Source: Phoronis australis
Taxonomy: Eukaryota > Animalia > Phoronida
Direction of reading: 5' to 3'
Length of the DNA: 64,000 bases
Assembly: GCA_002633005.1 (NCBI GenBank)
Contig: NMRA01000689.1
Location: 1 to 64,000 of the forward strand
The position numbers and the translations under genes were made by a program. The notes under the pieces were generated by a model. That model saw only the letters and a list, made by a program, of their open reading frames with translations. It was not told where the DNA came from and ran no database searches. Positions 1 through 13,648 of this stretch are shown piece after piece. The first letter of the stretch is position 1; the number at the start of each line of letters is the position of its first letter.

Positions 1-265
1 GCGCGCACCCAGGCACCAGGGGGAGGGGGCTCGGGGGGCTCGAACGAAGCGAAGTAGGCAAAAATTTCCGCCTCAGAGAAACAAAGTGTCCGCAAAAACG
101 AGATAAAAAGTCTACTAAAAAGACGCAAACATAGAATTCAAATTCATAGCAGGTAAAGCTCCGACCGTGGTACTGTTTTTTTTAGTCGACTGACTATTTT
201 GTTAGTAAAAGGTGCACATGGCTAGGAATTCGAGTCCCCCACATTGAAGGCTGTGTGCGCGCATG
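1..265 (+). mobile_element. MITE family A (TIR CATGCGCGCAC), copy 1, left end clipped by the window
   Basis: Ends GTGCGCGCATG; internal similarity to 23697..23918 and 55510..55733. Confidence 0.75.
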
Positions 266-381
266 TAAGTAAGTAAGTATGTAAGTAAGTACGGTAAGTA
301 AGTAAGTACGTATGTAAGTAAGTTACGGTAACTAAGTACAGTAACTAAGTAGGTATGTGAGTAAGTACAGTAACTAAGTAC
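265..381. repeat. (GTAA)n degenerate microsatellite
   Basis: gtaagtaagtaagt... run; could be the 3' tail of the adjacent minus-strand CR1-like LINE. Confidence 0.85.
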
Positions 382-429
382 GGTATGGTTAACTTGATTA
401 AGTTGCAAAAAATTTGGCATGATTACCTT

Positions 430-1745
430 TGTACACCTAATGCATCATATTGACAATTACACTTGAGGCCCAGATAAGCCACTTAACGTAACAAAAAGGG
501 TCAAGGTCAGTGCATGTAACTCTCAGATCTTCAAAACGTTTGTTCCATAGTTTGACATGACGGTATGACATAGCAATGAGACCATAGGAGAAAGTGTTGA
601 AGTAAGTAACAGCAAATGCATTTACAAATTTGAAATTATGACCAGATCTTTTAATTTTGAACTTAGACTTAATTGGCCATACTTGAAGACCTACTGATGA
701 ACACTTACATGTGGATCCCCTTTTGTTTGCCGGGGAGAGACGCTGAGAGTAGCTCGTTTCAGAGTCGTCAAATACGAATTTCAACGCTTCATACTTGAGC
801 CTGTCAGTTGTCTTAGACTTTTGCACACTGCAAAAGTACTTTAGTACCAGAGCTCAGCAAGTGAGGTTAGTTCGAACAAACGCCTGATATAATTCCGTCT
901 CTATCCAACAGGTGTATCCAACAGGTGGAGTATTCTAAGCAGTATATTTACTTGTTTAGAAGCTTTCTGCCATATGGTCGTAGAACTCTAATTTATAACC
1001 AGTAGTTACTCTGAGTTAACTGAGTTATTACATTTAATTGCATGATTTCCAACCAGCACGTATTGTTCAAATCCACATATTTTTCATTCAAAACAAAATA
1101 ATGACGTTGTGTCTTGTGGTTAACCTCAAACCGATCCAGAGTAATTTGGGATGCAGACATCAAAGCACATCTAGTAGTGTCCAGAGACTACACTGTTGTC
1201 ATCTGCATAGTTATACAAAGTATACGTACCATTAAGATAAAAGAACAGACCATTAACATGTACATTAAATAACGTTGGAACAATAACTGACCCTTGAGGT
1301 ACCTCTTTTGAAAGAACAATCTAGTTGCTAAATTTGTTCTCTAATTTCACCCTCATAAATTTGTCACAGAGATAAGAAGATGGTATATGTAGGTTATATG
1401 TTTCTTCTGAGCAACCATGTGCTTTGCATAAGACTGTGAGGTAGGTACTCAAATGCTTTTGACAAGTCAATTAAAAGTATACAACCGGCAGTTAGCTTTT
1501 CTTCTGAAGCACCCCGAACGCCCTCTGTTAATCCCAGCAGGACATCTAGGCAACTGTGACTCTGAATACATTTAGGAATCTGCATAGAATTTCTTCAAAA
1601 TGCCCTTTGAGTCGAGCATGCAATGATCTTTCTATGACCTAGTTCAATATTGGCAACACACTGATGGCCTCTAGCCTGCTAGATCATACTTGTCCCCTTT
1701 TTAAAAAACTGGGGTAATTTGGCTTGTTAGAAGAATTAATGGACT
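430..1745 (-). mobile_element. Decayed CR1/L2-clade LINE reverse transcriptase, 3' part
   Basis: Minus-strand peptides LIDLSKAF..LPH (~1470), VPQGS (~1300), LYNYADDN (~1205) and tail SYG...SY...KLWN (~570), broken by stops and frameshifts. Confidence 0.85.
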
Positions 1746-2906
1746 CGATATAATGCAGTTATTAATAATTGGAGTGGGGGGATGGTGATCTGGTGTGGGT
1801 TACAATTTTTAAAAAAATAATGCAAGTAGTCGCAGCCATTTGCTTTCCGAGAGTTTTTGTTTCTGGAGAATGATTGGGCTCTGAATATCCTTAAGCACCA
1901 CGTAAAAGTTTTTAAAATTGTACAGGAATTCGTGTACGACATCATAACAGGAATTTTAACAGGATGATTGCATGCGCGTACTCCCTACACTGCAAAACGG
2001 TGGTGAAAGTGCTTTGACATTACAATCGCATCAAAGAGAACAAAATATGAGAATTGCGAAAGAGCATATATACCCTCGCGGGTCAGACTAGTTTCTAGCT
2101 GGAGCTGTCGTTTACAATCTCTTCTGACGCGTGATTCGTAGTAAAAATGACGTCGAGTAACCTAGCAACAAAGACTGACCCTGTTACCTTTACTGATACC
2201 AAGTAGATGCCGCTTGAAAACGGCAGCACCCATNTGCGTTCCGTACACTTAAAACACTTGCGAGAGAAGCTAGTGTGATCGTATGTTTCGCTTGGAATGC
2301 GTGACGATATCTTGCGTGTTCCTGCGTTTTCGCGAGATTCTTGGGTCTGCGCAACGCAGCCCCGCGCAAACCTTTTCCTACAGAGTGTACTCTTGTTTCC
2401 GTTAAGGATACGTAGGGCCAATAAGAACTTGGTACATTCCGGATAATTGATTATGCGTGGAATTAAAACAAAATGTCAAACAAACGGTGCTTTATGTATT
2501 TTCTACAGCCTTTAACATGCAACAAGTTTCCAAATAAAGAAATAAAATATACAATGTACATGTACGTAATAGCGGTCGGAACGATGCAAACCGTTTTTGT
2601 ACATGAACTATCGTCTATAGATATCCTACAATGCTGTTACCAGGCCAAGTGGAGTTGATAGCTTCTGCCAAAATAGTGCCACATTACGTTAATAACATTA
2701 ATCTGTGCCTTGATGTTTTGGGTCAGTCAGCCTCCGTATCGACTTTCGAAACCCCAGCAAGAATGACGTGGTTTTCCCACTTCGAAACCCTAATAGGAGT
2801 TCCACCTGTGCCCACCAGCGATACCTCGGAACAGTTCTGACGCGTCAATCAAGCTATAAATCGTTCCCAATCAGGGGACCGGGACGTACGCAAACCGTAC
2901 GAGAGC

Positions 2907-3595
2907 AGGTCACGCGGTGTGGATAGTTCCGGGACAAACGCGCCAGGCAACGCTGTCGTGACTTATCGACGCCCGGCCGGGCGACAGTGAGTGCGTATGC
3001 CGAGTGCGACAACATATGACGTCAACATCGACACACATTTTCACCTGGGCCACCAATGTAGTGACCATTGTTCCACAACTGCCATAAGCGCGAAGCAAGT
3101 ACGACGGAAGTCGAAGTCTACCATGTTGTCCTTGGTGCCAAAACTTCTGGAACCTTCGTTACCTGCATGTTTGTGAATGAAACTTTGTGTGTCATGAGTG
3201 GCGTAATATTTGAACGTTGTCAAATTAAGCGTGGTATCGTGAACATGATGCCGCTGTGGGCAATACTTCATTTCCGTCCTGGAGACTCATTTATTCAGAG
3301 CTAATGCGGCTCTATGTGGCAACAGTTCAGTGAAATATCTCCGAAAACATATCGCAAAGAATCTGTCGCTGCAGCTGTTTGCAGACTAGGTTCGACTTCC
3401 GCCTTACTTGCTTCGCGCTTGTTTCAATTAGTGTGGGACAACAGTTACTACCGATCGGTGGCCCAGGTGACAATATTTGTCGATGTTGACGGCATACATT
3501 GTCGCCCTCGCCATACACACTGTCGCCCTGTCGTCGATAAGTCACAACCGCGTGGCCTGGCGGCGTTTGTTCGAACTATCCACACCACGTGACCT
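2907..3595. mobile_element. Foldback MITE, ~690 bp, with ~210-bp diverged terminal inverted repeats
   Basis: AGGTCACGCGGTGTGGATAGTTC... versus ...GAACTATCCACACCACGTGACCT; arms 2907-3120 and 3385-3595 align as reverse complements. Confidence 0.8.
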
Positions 3596-4613
3596 ACACT
3601 CTACACCCCAGCAGTGCCTATAAAATCCTTTACCCATCCTTTTTACTGTAACTCTTCACATCAATAAATTTATGTAAGAATTAAATGCCGCGATGAAATG
3701 TTGACAAGGCATCGATCACGGATGGATTGTCGGTCTCATCTAGTAAACACTCTAGATTAGGAATCACACTGGATAAAATATGACGGGCAATTTTATATGT
3801 GCTACCACTTTGGAAAAACAATAACTCCAGTTTATGGTAAACCTATTCTAAGTTCTATGTAAATCGTTATATTTTCAATGACAATTTGGTCGGATCAAAT
3901 TTTGTGTGACATCTAATTAAGCTGGTTTTTAATAATGCGTCTGTGGCATCTCTCATATACGCTATATGTACAATTATCTTTGACACAAAATGCCCATAAC
4001 TCATGCATAAATAGCTGTACATACATGTACTTCATGCTGACATAGAGGAAAAAGGTCGTTTTCCACCGGATACATTATTTCATTTCTACTTGTTAATAAC
4101 TCAAATTGTAGAAAGCTACAGTACACACGCTCATTTAGACGCGTGCGAATGTATGAGAAATTGCGTGTGGCGGCAAACGCAATTTTGGCGCACATAACTT
4201 GGCCAAACAGTTGAGTAACTGAACAAGGAGCGAGTTTATTAGAGTATTGGATCTTTTGCAGTATAGTCGACAAGTTTTAGATTTAAGAATTTAATCAATT
4301 TTAAAATACTAAGAGTGAATATAACACAACAAAATCATCCAACTTTAGATAAACTAACCGAATATATGTTAGTCATCCACTGGCAGTTGTGTAATAAATA
4401 TGATGGGAATAAGTGTAGTATCGGACTTTCTAGTTTTGATGATGACGCAGCGTCCCCATCACGGAGACTTCTGCTAATCGAATTCCGACTGGTTGTTGTG
4501 TCGAACTTGGCGGGAATCTCCGTCACGTGGGCCTTGATGTAATTCTCGCCCAGTTCGACTCCCCAACCTGTTGGCATTCGATCAGTAGACGTCTCCGTGA
4601 TAGGGAGACTGAG

Positions 4614-4852
4614 CAGTAGCGTGCAGAGGTTTGGTGATGCCCGGGGCGATTTTTTTGGATGCCTCTCTCTCTACTCCAATGCAAGTGCCCTAATACTAAG
4701 AAAAATCAAAAAATGAAACATTATACAAACTTAAGTCAATTTAACTGTTAATCAGTCACAATATCAAAAAGTTCATTCATTGTTATTGGATGCTTCTAGA
4801 TGTGGGTGCCCAGGGCAATGGCCCTGTCCCCTCCCCCTTCTGCATGCTATTA
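4614..4852. mobile_element. Short non-autonomous DNA transposon (TIR CAGTAGCGTGCAGA)
   Basis: cagtagcgtgcagagg ... ccttctgcatgctatt imperfect inverted ends. Confidence 0.55.
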
Positions 4853-7035
4853 ACGCGAAGTCGTCATCAAATCTGTTAAGTAGTCCAGTATTTTATTTAT
4901 TCTCTTTATCTTTGGGCACCCCNTGCAAGAAAATGAAGCAAAGGGCCCTAGACATAAATTCCCTCCTCTGAATTCCCTAACGGGATGGGAACGGCCATCA
5001 ACGAGCAACATGCCGGGGTTTTTATTTACTCGGAATGTAACTATTGTCTCCAAAGTTTGTTCGGTTAACCCTCAGCTTTAGCTAGTTTCGAGTACAAACG
5101 CCTGAGGCTACCGTAGCACGTCCTGTTTTAATTATGATATTTATTTTCGTGCAAATGAAAAACTGATCATATTTCGGAAACTGAGAAGGCAAATTTTGCA
5201 AGCAATACAATGTAATTACCATAACTGCAAACATCCGAGACCGATATGTATTACGAGGCGTTTATTGTAGTGCCAGTGCATCTTTTTTTGTAGGGGCTAA
5301 ACTAGTGTTTATACACTGAGTTCTGTGAGAATTAACTAACTAGCCCACTGCTTAGCTCTCACAATTCCCCGATTTCCATCTGTCTTGACCTACAACTCAC
5401 CTAGTTTTCCAGAAAATCGCACATTTTCCAACCAAATTATCAAAATTATCATTTTCATAAAATTGGAAAAATCCTTCAGAGAATTTTGATATGTTTTGTA
5501 TTTTAGACGTAACCCTAAAAGTATCAGAAAATAGAGAGGACGAGATGGGACGTATCTAAATAAATTTCCTATTTCATTTTCCGATACTCAATATCACCTT
5601 CAGAGAATTTTGGCATGTTTTGTATTTTGACGTAACCTTAACAGCACTGTAAAAGGGAGAAAACAGAATTTCGGATTATGTCGGAGTGTGTTTTTCTATA
5701 ACGGAGATTAAAAATTGTTGTGCATACGTTTATCTTATTGATGAAATTTGACCACCTTCGTATACTTTTTTCACGACACTAAGTCAGCAAGTGATAGGTA
5801 AAACCTATAACCGGATTTGAATCTACCTGTCTCTTTGGTCGACCTGATTATAACACTCACACGCAGCACCTTGCAAGCGTGCAGTTGAGGAATCTCCTCC
5901 GAACACCAACAAATTTCCCAGCAACTTTTGCGCGTATCAAAATGGCGGCGATCAAGAAAGAGGTATATCGCATCTCTTTTTTTTCCTACGTAAGAATGAC
6001 ACGGCAATACGTTGGCGTGCATTCCACAACGTGTACGATTTTCAAGTGTTTGGAGGCTTGCTATCGACTCCGGCAATTAAATAGACACAAAAAAGCCTCC
6101 GCAGCCACCTCGCAAGCTCATTTTGACACTTGTCATGCTCTTTCCAACGTTTTCAAGTTGTCTTAACACAATTTAGCACAGTAAATCGGTAAAAATTTGT
6201 TGAGTACACCAAACCAAAAAAAAATGTTAAAACCAACTAACGTGACATTTCCTTGATTTCACGACAATAACCATTTTCCACTTAGTAAACCTTAATTTAC
6301 TAGAATGTCTGTGGTTTGTTCATTCATTGGTTTTAAAATAAATCAACAGTTGAAAAATGACTATGCTCTGGTGAATTTTCTGTAATGGAAACAAATAGAA
6401 TACTTAGAACAGCGCTCAGCCGGTTTCAATAACAGGAGTTTTGCATATCAATAATAGGAAATGAGAAAGAACACTTACATTTTTAGAATCCACAGCACAC
6501 ACTCCGATCTCCTGCCATTGTTGTTAAGAGGATGAGTTTTGTGTTTGTTGAATACCGCAGAATGGTTTTAAGTACATGTAGAACCCTAGATAAATGTTCA
6601 AATTTGATTACCTTCTAAAAATCATATAAAGACTTCATCTTGAACATTTACATCGAATGATACTTGATCATGTTAACGATATCATTGTGTCGCTATCGAT
6701 GTAACTTTCTTGGTGCTGAATTTTACTAAGCGGCACAGTCCCGTGACCTTATCAATGGTAATTCGGTAAAAAGTCAAAACTCAAATTCTGAAGACTTTCT
6801 ACATTCAGAAAATGAGAACTTTTAAAAAATTAAGATCAAAAGTTTTATTCATATTTTGCTTAATACACACACTTGTCAATGTCGTTCTACATATCATTAA
6901 AGCTTAATAAATGCGAACATGTAAGCGTTCCCCGGAACTCTTTCATCCAACATTCTGCGTTTAGGAATCCACAAAACCAGGCAAGACTGCCTACAACCGA
7001 AAAGAATATATAAATATGGGTTTTCATAACATTTG

Positions 7036-7185
7036 GGCCCAGTTGCATAAAAGTTATACGCCGTATAGCAACAATGACGTCGCTTTATCACGTGTCACGT
7101 TGTTATTGTTGAACAATGCACCTGACGTCATACAACAATGTAACTTATCCAGCGGATAACTTTTGAAGTTTTATGCAACTCAGCC
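7036..7185. mobile_element. Harbinger-like MITE, 150 bp
   Basis: TIR GGCCCAGTTGCATAAAA / TTTTATGCAACTCAGCC; flanks ttg/ctg resemble a CWG target-site duplication. Confidence 0.7.
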
Positions 7186-10100
7186 CTGAACTTAAACTCG
7201 CGAATTTTTCCAAGTTGTGTTTGCCTTTGTTCCAGCATATGATGTGGGCCTGGTATCCATTTGATCAAATATGAAGCTTCTGTTAGAATAAAAGCTCATT
7301 AGGTGTGGTGGTCAATGATAAATTGCCATTGTCCTTAATTGAGAAAATGTGATTTGAGCTAATTACGCGTGTTATCAAGTAAAGCGACATTACACAACGT
7401 TCGTTGCCGGTTATCAAGATATTTTTCTAGGGGTCTTTTGGCGTCCTGGATACACTTATAAGCTGAATTACACCCACCTTGTTCTAAAACAAACTTCGTT
7501 CTGCTTTTGAACGAAAACATGCCTTGCGTTACCGTTTGTCTTGATAATTAAAGTATCTATGAACCGTGTTCTTATGTCAAAAACGATTTTTTTCACAGCC
7601 GTGTTTGAGCTTCCAGACCAACGTCACGATCGAGTTCTTAACGCATTGGAATCGGTTGCGTTAAAATATTGAAACTTTTTACTGCCAAATTAAGCCGCCG
7701 TGATAATCTGACGTCACGAAGCGCGTGTGCAACAATAATGATCTTCCACTTGTTCTCAGTCGTTAAAATAATTTCTACTAAAGCTGAGAAAAGAATAACA
7801 TGGACTAAATCGAGAGTTCTTTGACAAAAAGTGCGAGCTTTTTGCACCTTTAAATAAAGACGACAAACTTTACTTACCTCTATATTTGTTTCACCGCAGC
7901 ATTCAACTTGTAAACTTTCACAAAACTGTTCGATCAGAACAACACTAATTTATACTTATATTAATAGGAACGCAGAGTCAATTTGAAAAATACCGTCTCG
8001 GAAATGAACAACATGGGGATTTACCCAAAATCAATTATCATTAATATTTGTAAGAAAGCGACTAGCACTAACGCTTCTCGGATGTCACCGAATTAACATA
8101 CGTGGAGTGTGCTGTTATTGCTTCGTACTAGTTTAATGGAAGGTTCCACCGGCAGCATGGACCGTAGCAAAATACAATTTTTCAGCAGCTTACACGAAGG
8201 TGTATTTTCCACTTAGGAAATCGGTAAATGTGTGCCATCAGTGGAAGAACACTGCATAGCGACACACGGTTGTCCATTTGCTACCGTGTATGCAGTTTCT
8301 GGCGATTCTAATCAAGAAACACGAGTCGCTCTGCACTGTAGCGTATATGTAACATTTGGAAGGTCGCCCCAAGTACCGGTGTAGAACACCAACCAGAAGC
8401 AATTTTAATTAAAATTCCTTGGTTTCGTTTCAGAAATAATTCCCAGTTTAAAGAGACATTATCGGTTTCACGGCCGAAAAACGTTTTTTATGATTATTGA
8501 TAGACGGGATAGACTTCTTGAAATTATTAGCTTTGACCAGAGAACACCCAACATTTCCATAAAAGTACCAGAGTACCGAGGCATTGGGCCAAACAACAAA
8601 GGAAGCGAGAATGCATTTAAAGGGGAACTTGCAGGCTAATTCCTTATGTCAATGATTGTTTGGCAAAATTAGTTAGAAACACAACATATAGCGACTATGT
8701 GAATGTGAAGTAGGTTGAAAATTGCCAAATGTTTTTAAGAACGAGTGTTATGGGGAAAATGATCACACGCAAATCACTGAACCTTGTCCAGTAAGTATCG
8801 TGACGTGGTGCTGGGGAATACATGTAACACTGCATGATGCTGGCTATGTGTGCATGTGAGGTATGTCATTAGTGCAAAGGTCCCCTATTTGTAGAATGTT
8901 TTGTTTTCCGACACATTCACGAATTGTTAATGAATACAACAGCAGTTGATTTAACCTAGATCATGTTAAAATAGCATTGTCGTTTTGTTTATGCTATATA
9001 TTAGCAAAGTTAAAAGCATGCAAATTTTACATCTTTAATGGGACATGTCTGTTTAACGCATTTTTAGATTACTGTTAGACGGGATAGGTTTTTTGAAGTT
9101 ATTAGCTGTGACCGGACCTACAAAACAACAAAATCCGTTACGTTTTTGCAATTTTATTACGAATGCGCCAATAGTTGGCGTTGTCTGGCAAGCATTTGCT
9201 GAGATTAAGGGCGGTGACTTTACCAGTTTAAAATACGCTTAAAATACTCTGTCATTTATCAAGTGGTGTTTAGCTCCACCGAAAGAGCGTTGGATTACGT
9301 AGGCTGAAATTGTGGGCTCGGTCCCGTGTTACGACTTGGGTGAAAAAGTTTCATTTCTCACCGAGAATGTCCCTTAAAATTATATGAGTTAACTGAAGAT
9401 ACTAAAAATGACGAGGTTCGGGTTTGGCGGTAATGAACGCGATAACCTCACACGGAAATTGACGAACATTGTATGTAACGAGTTTACCGATAACACCGTT
9501 AGGGAATTTCAATCTTTACGTTGTGTAGCGTACACGTGTGCCTTTCGCTCACTCTTTTATTGCATCAGCTTTTGAAGACATGTTCAGGAACTTGAAAACA
9601 AGAATGGCGGGAAAGAGAAGATCGCACTCTGGAGTGGACGGGATGAAGATCAACATTTTGATAGTTGTTGCCTTTTTATTGTATATACTTGTCATATTTT
9701 TCTTCCTAAATGCTGTTCAGTGGTAGTTTGAGTTTTACATTTCGGTAGTAGTTCATTTGAACACATTTCTCATTAAACAGTTGCTTTGACCCTTTATTTA
9801 GGCCTAGTTAAAAGTTCGTTGTTCTCTAAATCTAGAACCAGACACTTTTTCGTTTGGTTGCAGGCTGTCTAGTAATTGGCCGACAGTCCCCACGCAAGTA
9901 AAAACAGACGAAAACACAGCGAAGATAAAATATTCCGCATCTTCGACCACGGCACCGATCGTTACACAGATAAGACAGTAAATAAAGAAAAGCGTGCGTG
10001 GCGTGCGTGTTGAGTGTCAGTCGCAATCTGAACCCAGATGCCATTTCCGAAAAACACTCTGAAATAAGACCATAGCTGTGTAGGCGTTGTATCTATTTTT

Positions 10101-11999
10101 TAAAATTTTCCATCAATGGCGCTTCGTTAGTTTCATCTGAGGTCCTACTCCGATGCTTAAGAAATAACGCAAACAAAGGCGCATCAACTCACACGTGACA
10201 AATGAAGTGGGCTTTTCGCGTCAACGCGGAAAGACCGTTCCGAACTTAACTAATTTAAAAAAGCATTCGCAGCAGCGCGTTTGACTAGCTCAAGCTTAAC
10301 ATTACCTGTTGACTTTCAAAGTAAGGGAATTAAACCTAAAAAGTGCAGATCATGTTTTGTTAATTCTTGGCATCGATGTCGTGTTTGAGCGTAGGAATCA
10401 AATTTTCATGTGTAACTGTGCAGGAAGTTGTAACTTATGAGTATCAAAAGAGAACACGTGGTTCAGTTTTTAACGAAGCTGGCTAAAAATAGGGAACACA
10501 TAGTACTGTTACTGCTTTGCACTATTGGCGGAAACTTTTACTTCCGGTTGACAGGTTATTGAGGGTATGGAAACTATTGGCCGCGCTTCTAAGTTCCAGC
10601 TTCGGTCCCCTAAATCCTAGGTTCTCACTAACAAACATTGAACCCTCGGTGCCCTTAGACTCCGCACACGTACCGAAAACCACATGACCAAGCTCCATTC
10701 CCGGGCACCTTGTAATATTTATAAACTACCAACAAATAGGGTCACTGCTTGCGAGTAACGCGATGCTCCTAGTTGTTTTTATTTTTCAAATTCACGAAGT
10801 GACTTCCAAAATTTTTGTTATATGGACATCAGATTGGAGATAACAGCTACTACATGGCCACTGTACTGAAAATTACGTCTTGGGAGGATAACGGACCTAT
10901 TTTGACATCTGTGGACACTTAAATATAAAACGTACCCAGGGACTTATTGAATGCGTAGTTACATAGACGTAAAGTATCCGTGCTGTTCTTTCAAAAGCAG
11001 GCTTTAAACCATTGGAATTCAATATAAACATCACCTTGAAATAATTATTTGCTGTTGAAGATGGAACACGTCTTTTGGTTGACCAGACTTACGGTGGCTA
11101 ACAAAGGAAATCCAGGATTTTTTATTTAGTTCAACGCTCCACCTCGAGAAGAATTGGGGTTCTTATTTGATTACTTTAGATTATCAAAATCTCCAGATAA
11201 TAAATTGAGATCACGAGTTCCCATGACAATTAAATTACAACTGAGTGGTCTTTACCGGCCGCCGTATAACATGACGTCAGAGTGAAAAAATTCTCCAAGT
11301 GACTTCACACTGGTCGTTTCTCTAGAAAGTGACTGTGAAGATTTTGCTCTGAAAAGTGAAGGAGAGACTAGAGCCAATTCAAACTTTCTGGTGTTGCAAA
11401 TCAGTGCACATTGCCAACCCGGATATTTTTTATTCAACTCACTCCGAGACTACATGTAATAATGCGTGTTTACCAAACTATTAAACTTTTTTGTTCACGC
11501 TGGAGTATTCGTTAGAAAAATTTTAATGGATTTATCGCTGTATCATTACTCAATTTTTACGTCTGAGTTCTCATTTGTGTCCGTAATTTTTTGTAAATAT
11601 GTCTGGCAGTATTAATAAATGCCACTATCGGCGTTCTACGGGTCATGCTGAAACTCTGTTCCGTAGCTCTATACACACCAATGACTTCAGCCATTTCTGT
11701 AGAAGCTTTAGTCCTTTAAATCCACAAATAAGTGTCACTTTAATGTAAAATTCGCAGTGTGGCTTGGTTCTAGCTTCTTTTTTTTTTTGTTAATAGAACT
11801 CTTTAGTTTTGTGCATGCATGATCCACGGTAGCGTATGTGCGCTCACGTGCGTGGGAACATTGAGTCCCAATACAATCGTTCTTACGACCAAAGGGCCCA
11901 TCTTGAGGGTTGTTTGAGGATAGTACTGAGTTCTCATCTTTGAGCAAAGTTATAAAACAGCAAAATCTGTTGTGTGTGTAATTTTGAGTTCGCGAGAAA

Positions 12000-12749
12000 A
12001 GCCCTGCTTATATGCAGCACTTTCAATTTACACCATACGCAATTCTACAACTGGGTGTAAACGTAAATTTGCATCGCGTTCGTATGGGTAAATAGAAACG
12101 CAGTAGCTGCGCTCAGTATTCTATACATTTCGCACCAGGGACGACACGATCAACGTTTGCTAGTGAAGACAAAATCGTCTAGAACAATACTTTGAATCTG
12201 GGTAGTTCTAAGGATGGGCTATGGAACTTTTGCAAAAGAAAACCGAAAAGCTGAATTGTCCTGATGAAGTTACAATTAATTGCCTGTTACACCTCGTAGG
12301 GATGGTGCATATCCAATAAAACCGTGGCATAGTTTAATCCAGCAGCAGAAACAGTGGCAACTACAGCAGCGTCGGCGGCGGCAGCAGCTGCAGCAGCCTT
12401 TCAATAAAAGACCATATCAATCCATATTTGTCAACAGAAAATATTTTGGACTTTCAATGGGTAGTGATGTCTCTATAAGAAGAGATGAGGCCGCATAAAT
12501 AATGTTGTAATGACACTTTTGGTGAAGTCATCTTACTTTTACAACCCTGCGGAAACTTAAATCGCGTTCACATGCGCCAGGTGTACATTTGCACGACCTC
12601 TGGTGGTGGTGGTGTAATTATACACCCAAGTGTAGCTTTACACCCGATTGTATTTTGCGTTTATATGGCAAAAATACGCACCGTACGCAAATATACAGTC
12701 GGGTGTAAATGTTACTTTCGGATGTAAGCGCCATCATGTAAACGGAGCT
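12000..12749 (+). mobile_element. MITE family B (Harbinger-like TIR ~AGCYCCGTTTACATG) with an internal CAG/CGG microsatellite
   Basis: Ends agccctgcttatatg / catgtaaacggagct; colinear with an inverted copy at 24293..25533. Confidence 0.7.
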
Positions 12750-13595
12750 GAAGACGGTACTTGAAGTCACGCAGTTCTACAGCCAGGAACTCAAGATTCA
12801 TAAATGGCCTCGCAGATTTATGCTAAAAAAAAGCAAACGAAGAACATATTCGTGCAAGAAAATCGATGTTTTTTTATGAAAAACTACGAACAACTATTGT
12901 CTAAGATAAATTCATATAATTCAGTTCCACTTTGGGCAAATTAGTTTTTCATGTTCCGATGTTGACCATTATGGCACCTTAAATACAATATTAAATATAC
13001 AGCTTTATGGAAAATTAGTGCTGTTTTGGAATTTTATTAAATACCAGTTTTGTAGTACTTGGGATGCAATTTTCAAATTTTCAAGTCACAACGTGTAGCT
13101 CACAATGGATTCTGAATTAATGAAAGGCGTCGCCATGAAACGACAGCACTGCCACAAAATGCTGCTGGCAATAGACGTCAGCATATATGGGTTCACTTCA
13201 GTTTTCACTGAGTGAGGAACTTGGGCTAATGTGTTCACATACCATATGTAATCAAACAAATGGAGTGCAGTACTTAATTCTTCTGATATTCAGAAAGCTT
13301 CACATGTCTCTAATGGGACTTGAAAAAGGCAACTAATAAAGAATTTAAGCAGTCTACATATAAAACGAACGATGAGATCGATACCATTGAAATCTTCACG
13401 CTAGGGAATAAAATCCTAAAAAGATCTTTACGAATTCAGAACAGCTTCAGGAATTAGAACTCATCGTGGGAAACGGAACGATACTAAGAGTACATTAGCA
13501 TGTTTATATTTTCATTGCTTTTATCACACTTTTATTGACATTGTTTATGATATTGTTAATGATATTACAGATATGAGAGTGATGAATGATTGTAA

Positions 13596-13648
13596 ATGAT
13601 GACGATGACGATGAAGATGATGATGAAGATGACCATGAAGATGATGAT
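13596..13648. repeat. (GAT)n degenerate microsatellite
   Basis: gatgacgatgacgatgaagatgatgatgaag... Confidence 0.85.

Noticed and set aside
8448-9120. TTAA-flanked Kolobok-like MITE ends and a ~55-bp direct repeat (8490 and 9060)
   Set aside because: Termini too degenerate to set boundaries; ordinary repeat debris
9263-9330. tRNA-like sequence
   Set aside because: Degenerate boxes only; at most an old SINE fragment
12280-12498. Poly-Gln ORF
   Set aside because: CAG/CGG repeat inside a dispersed MITE
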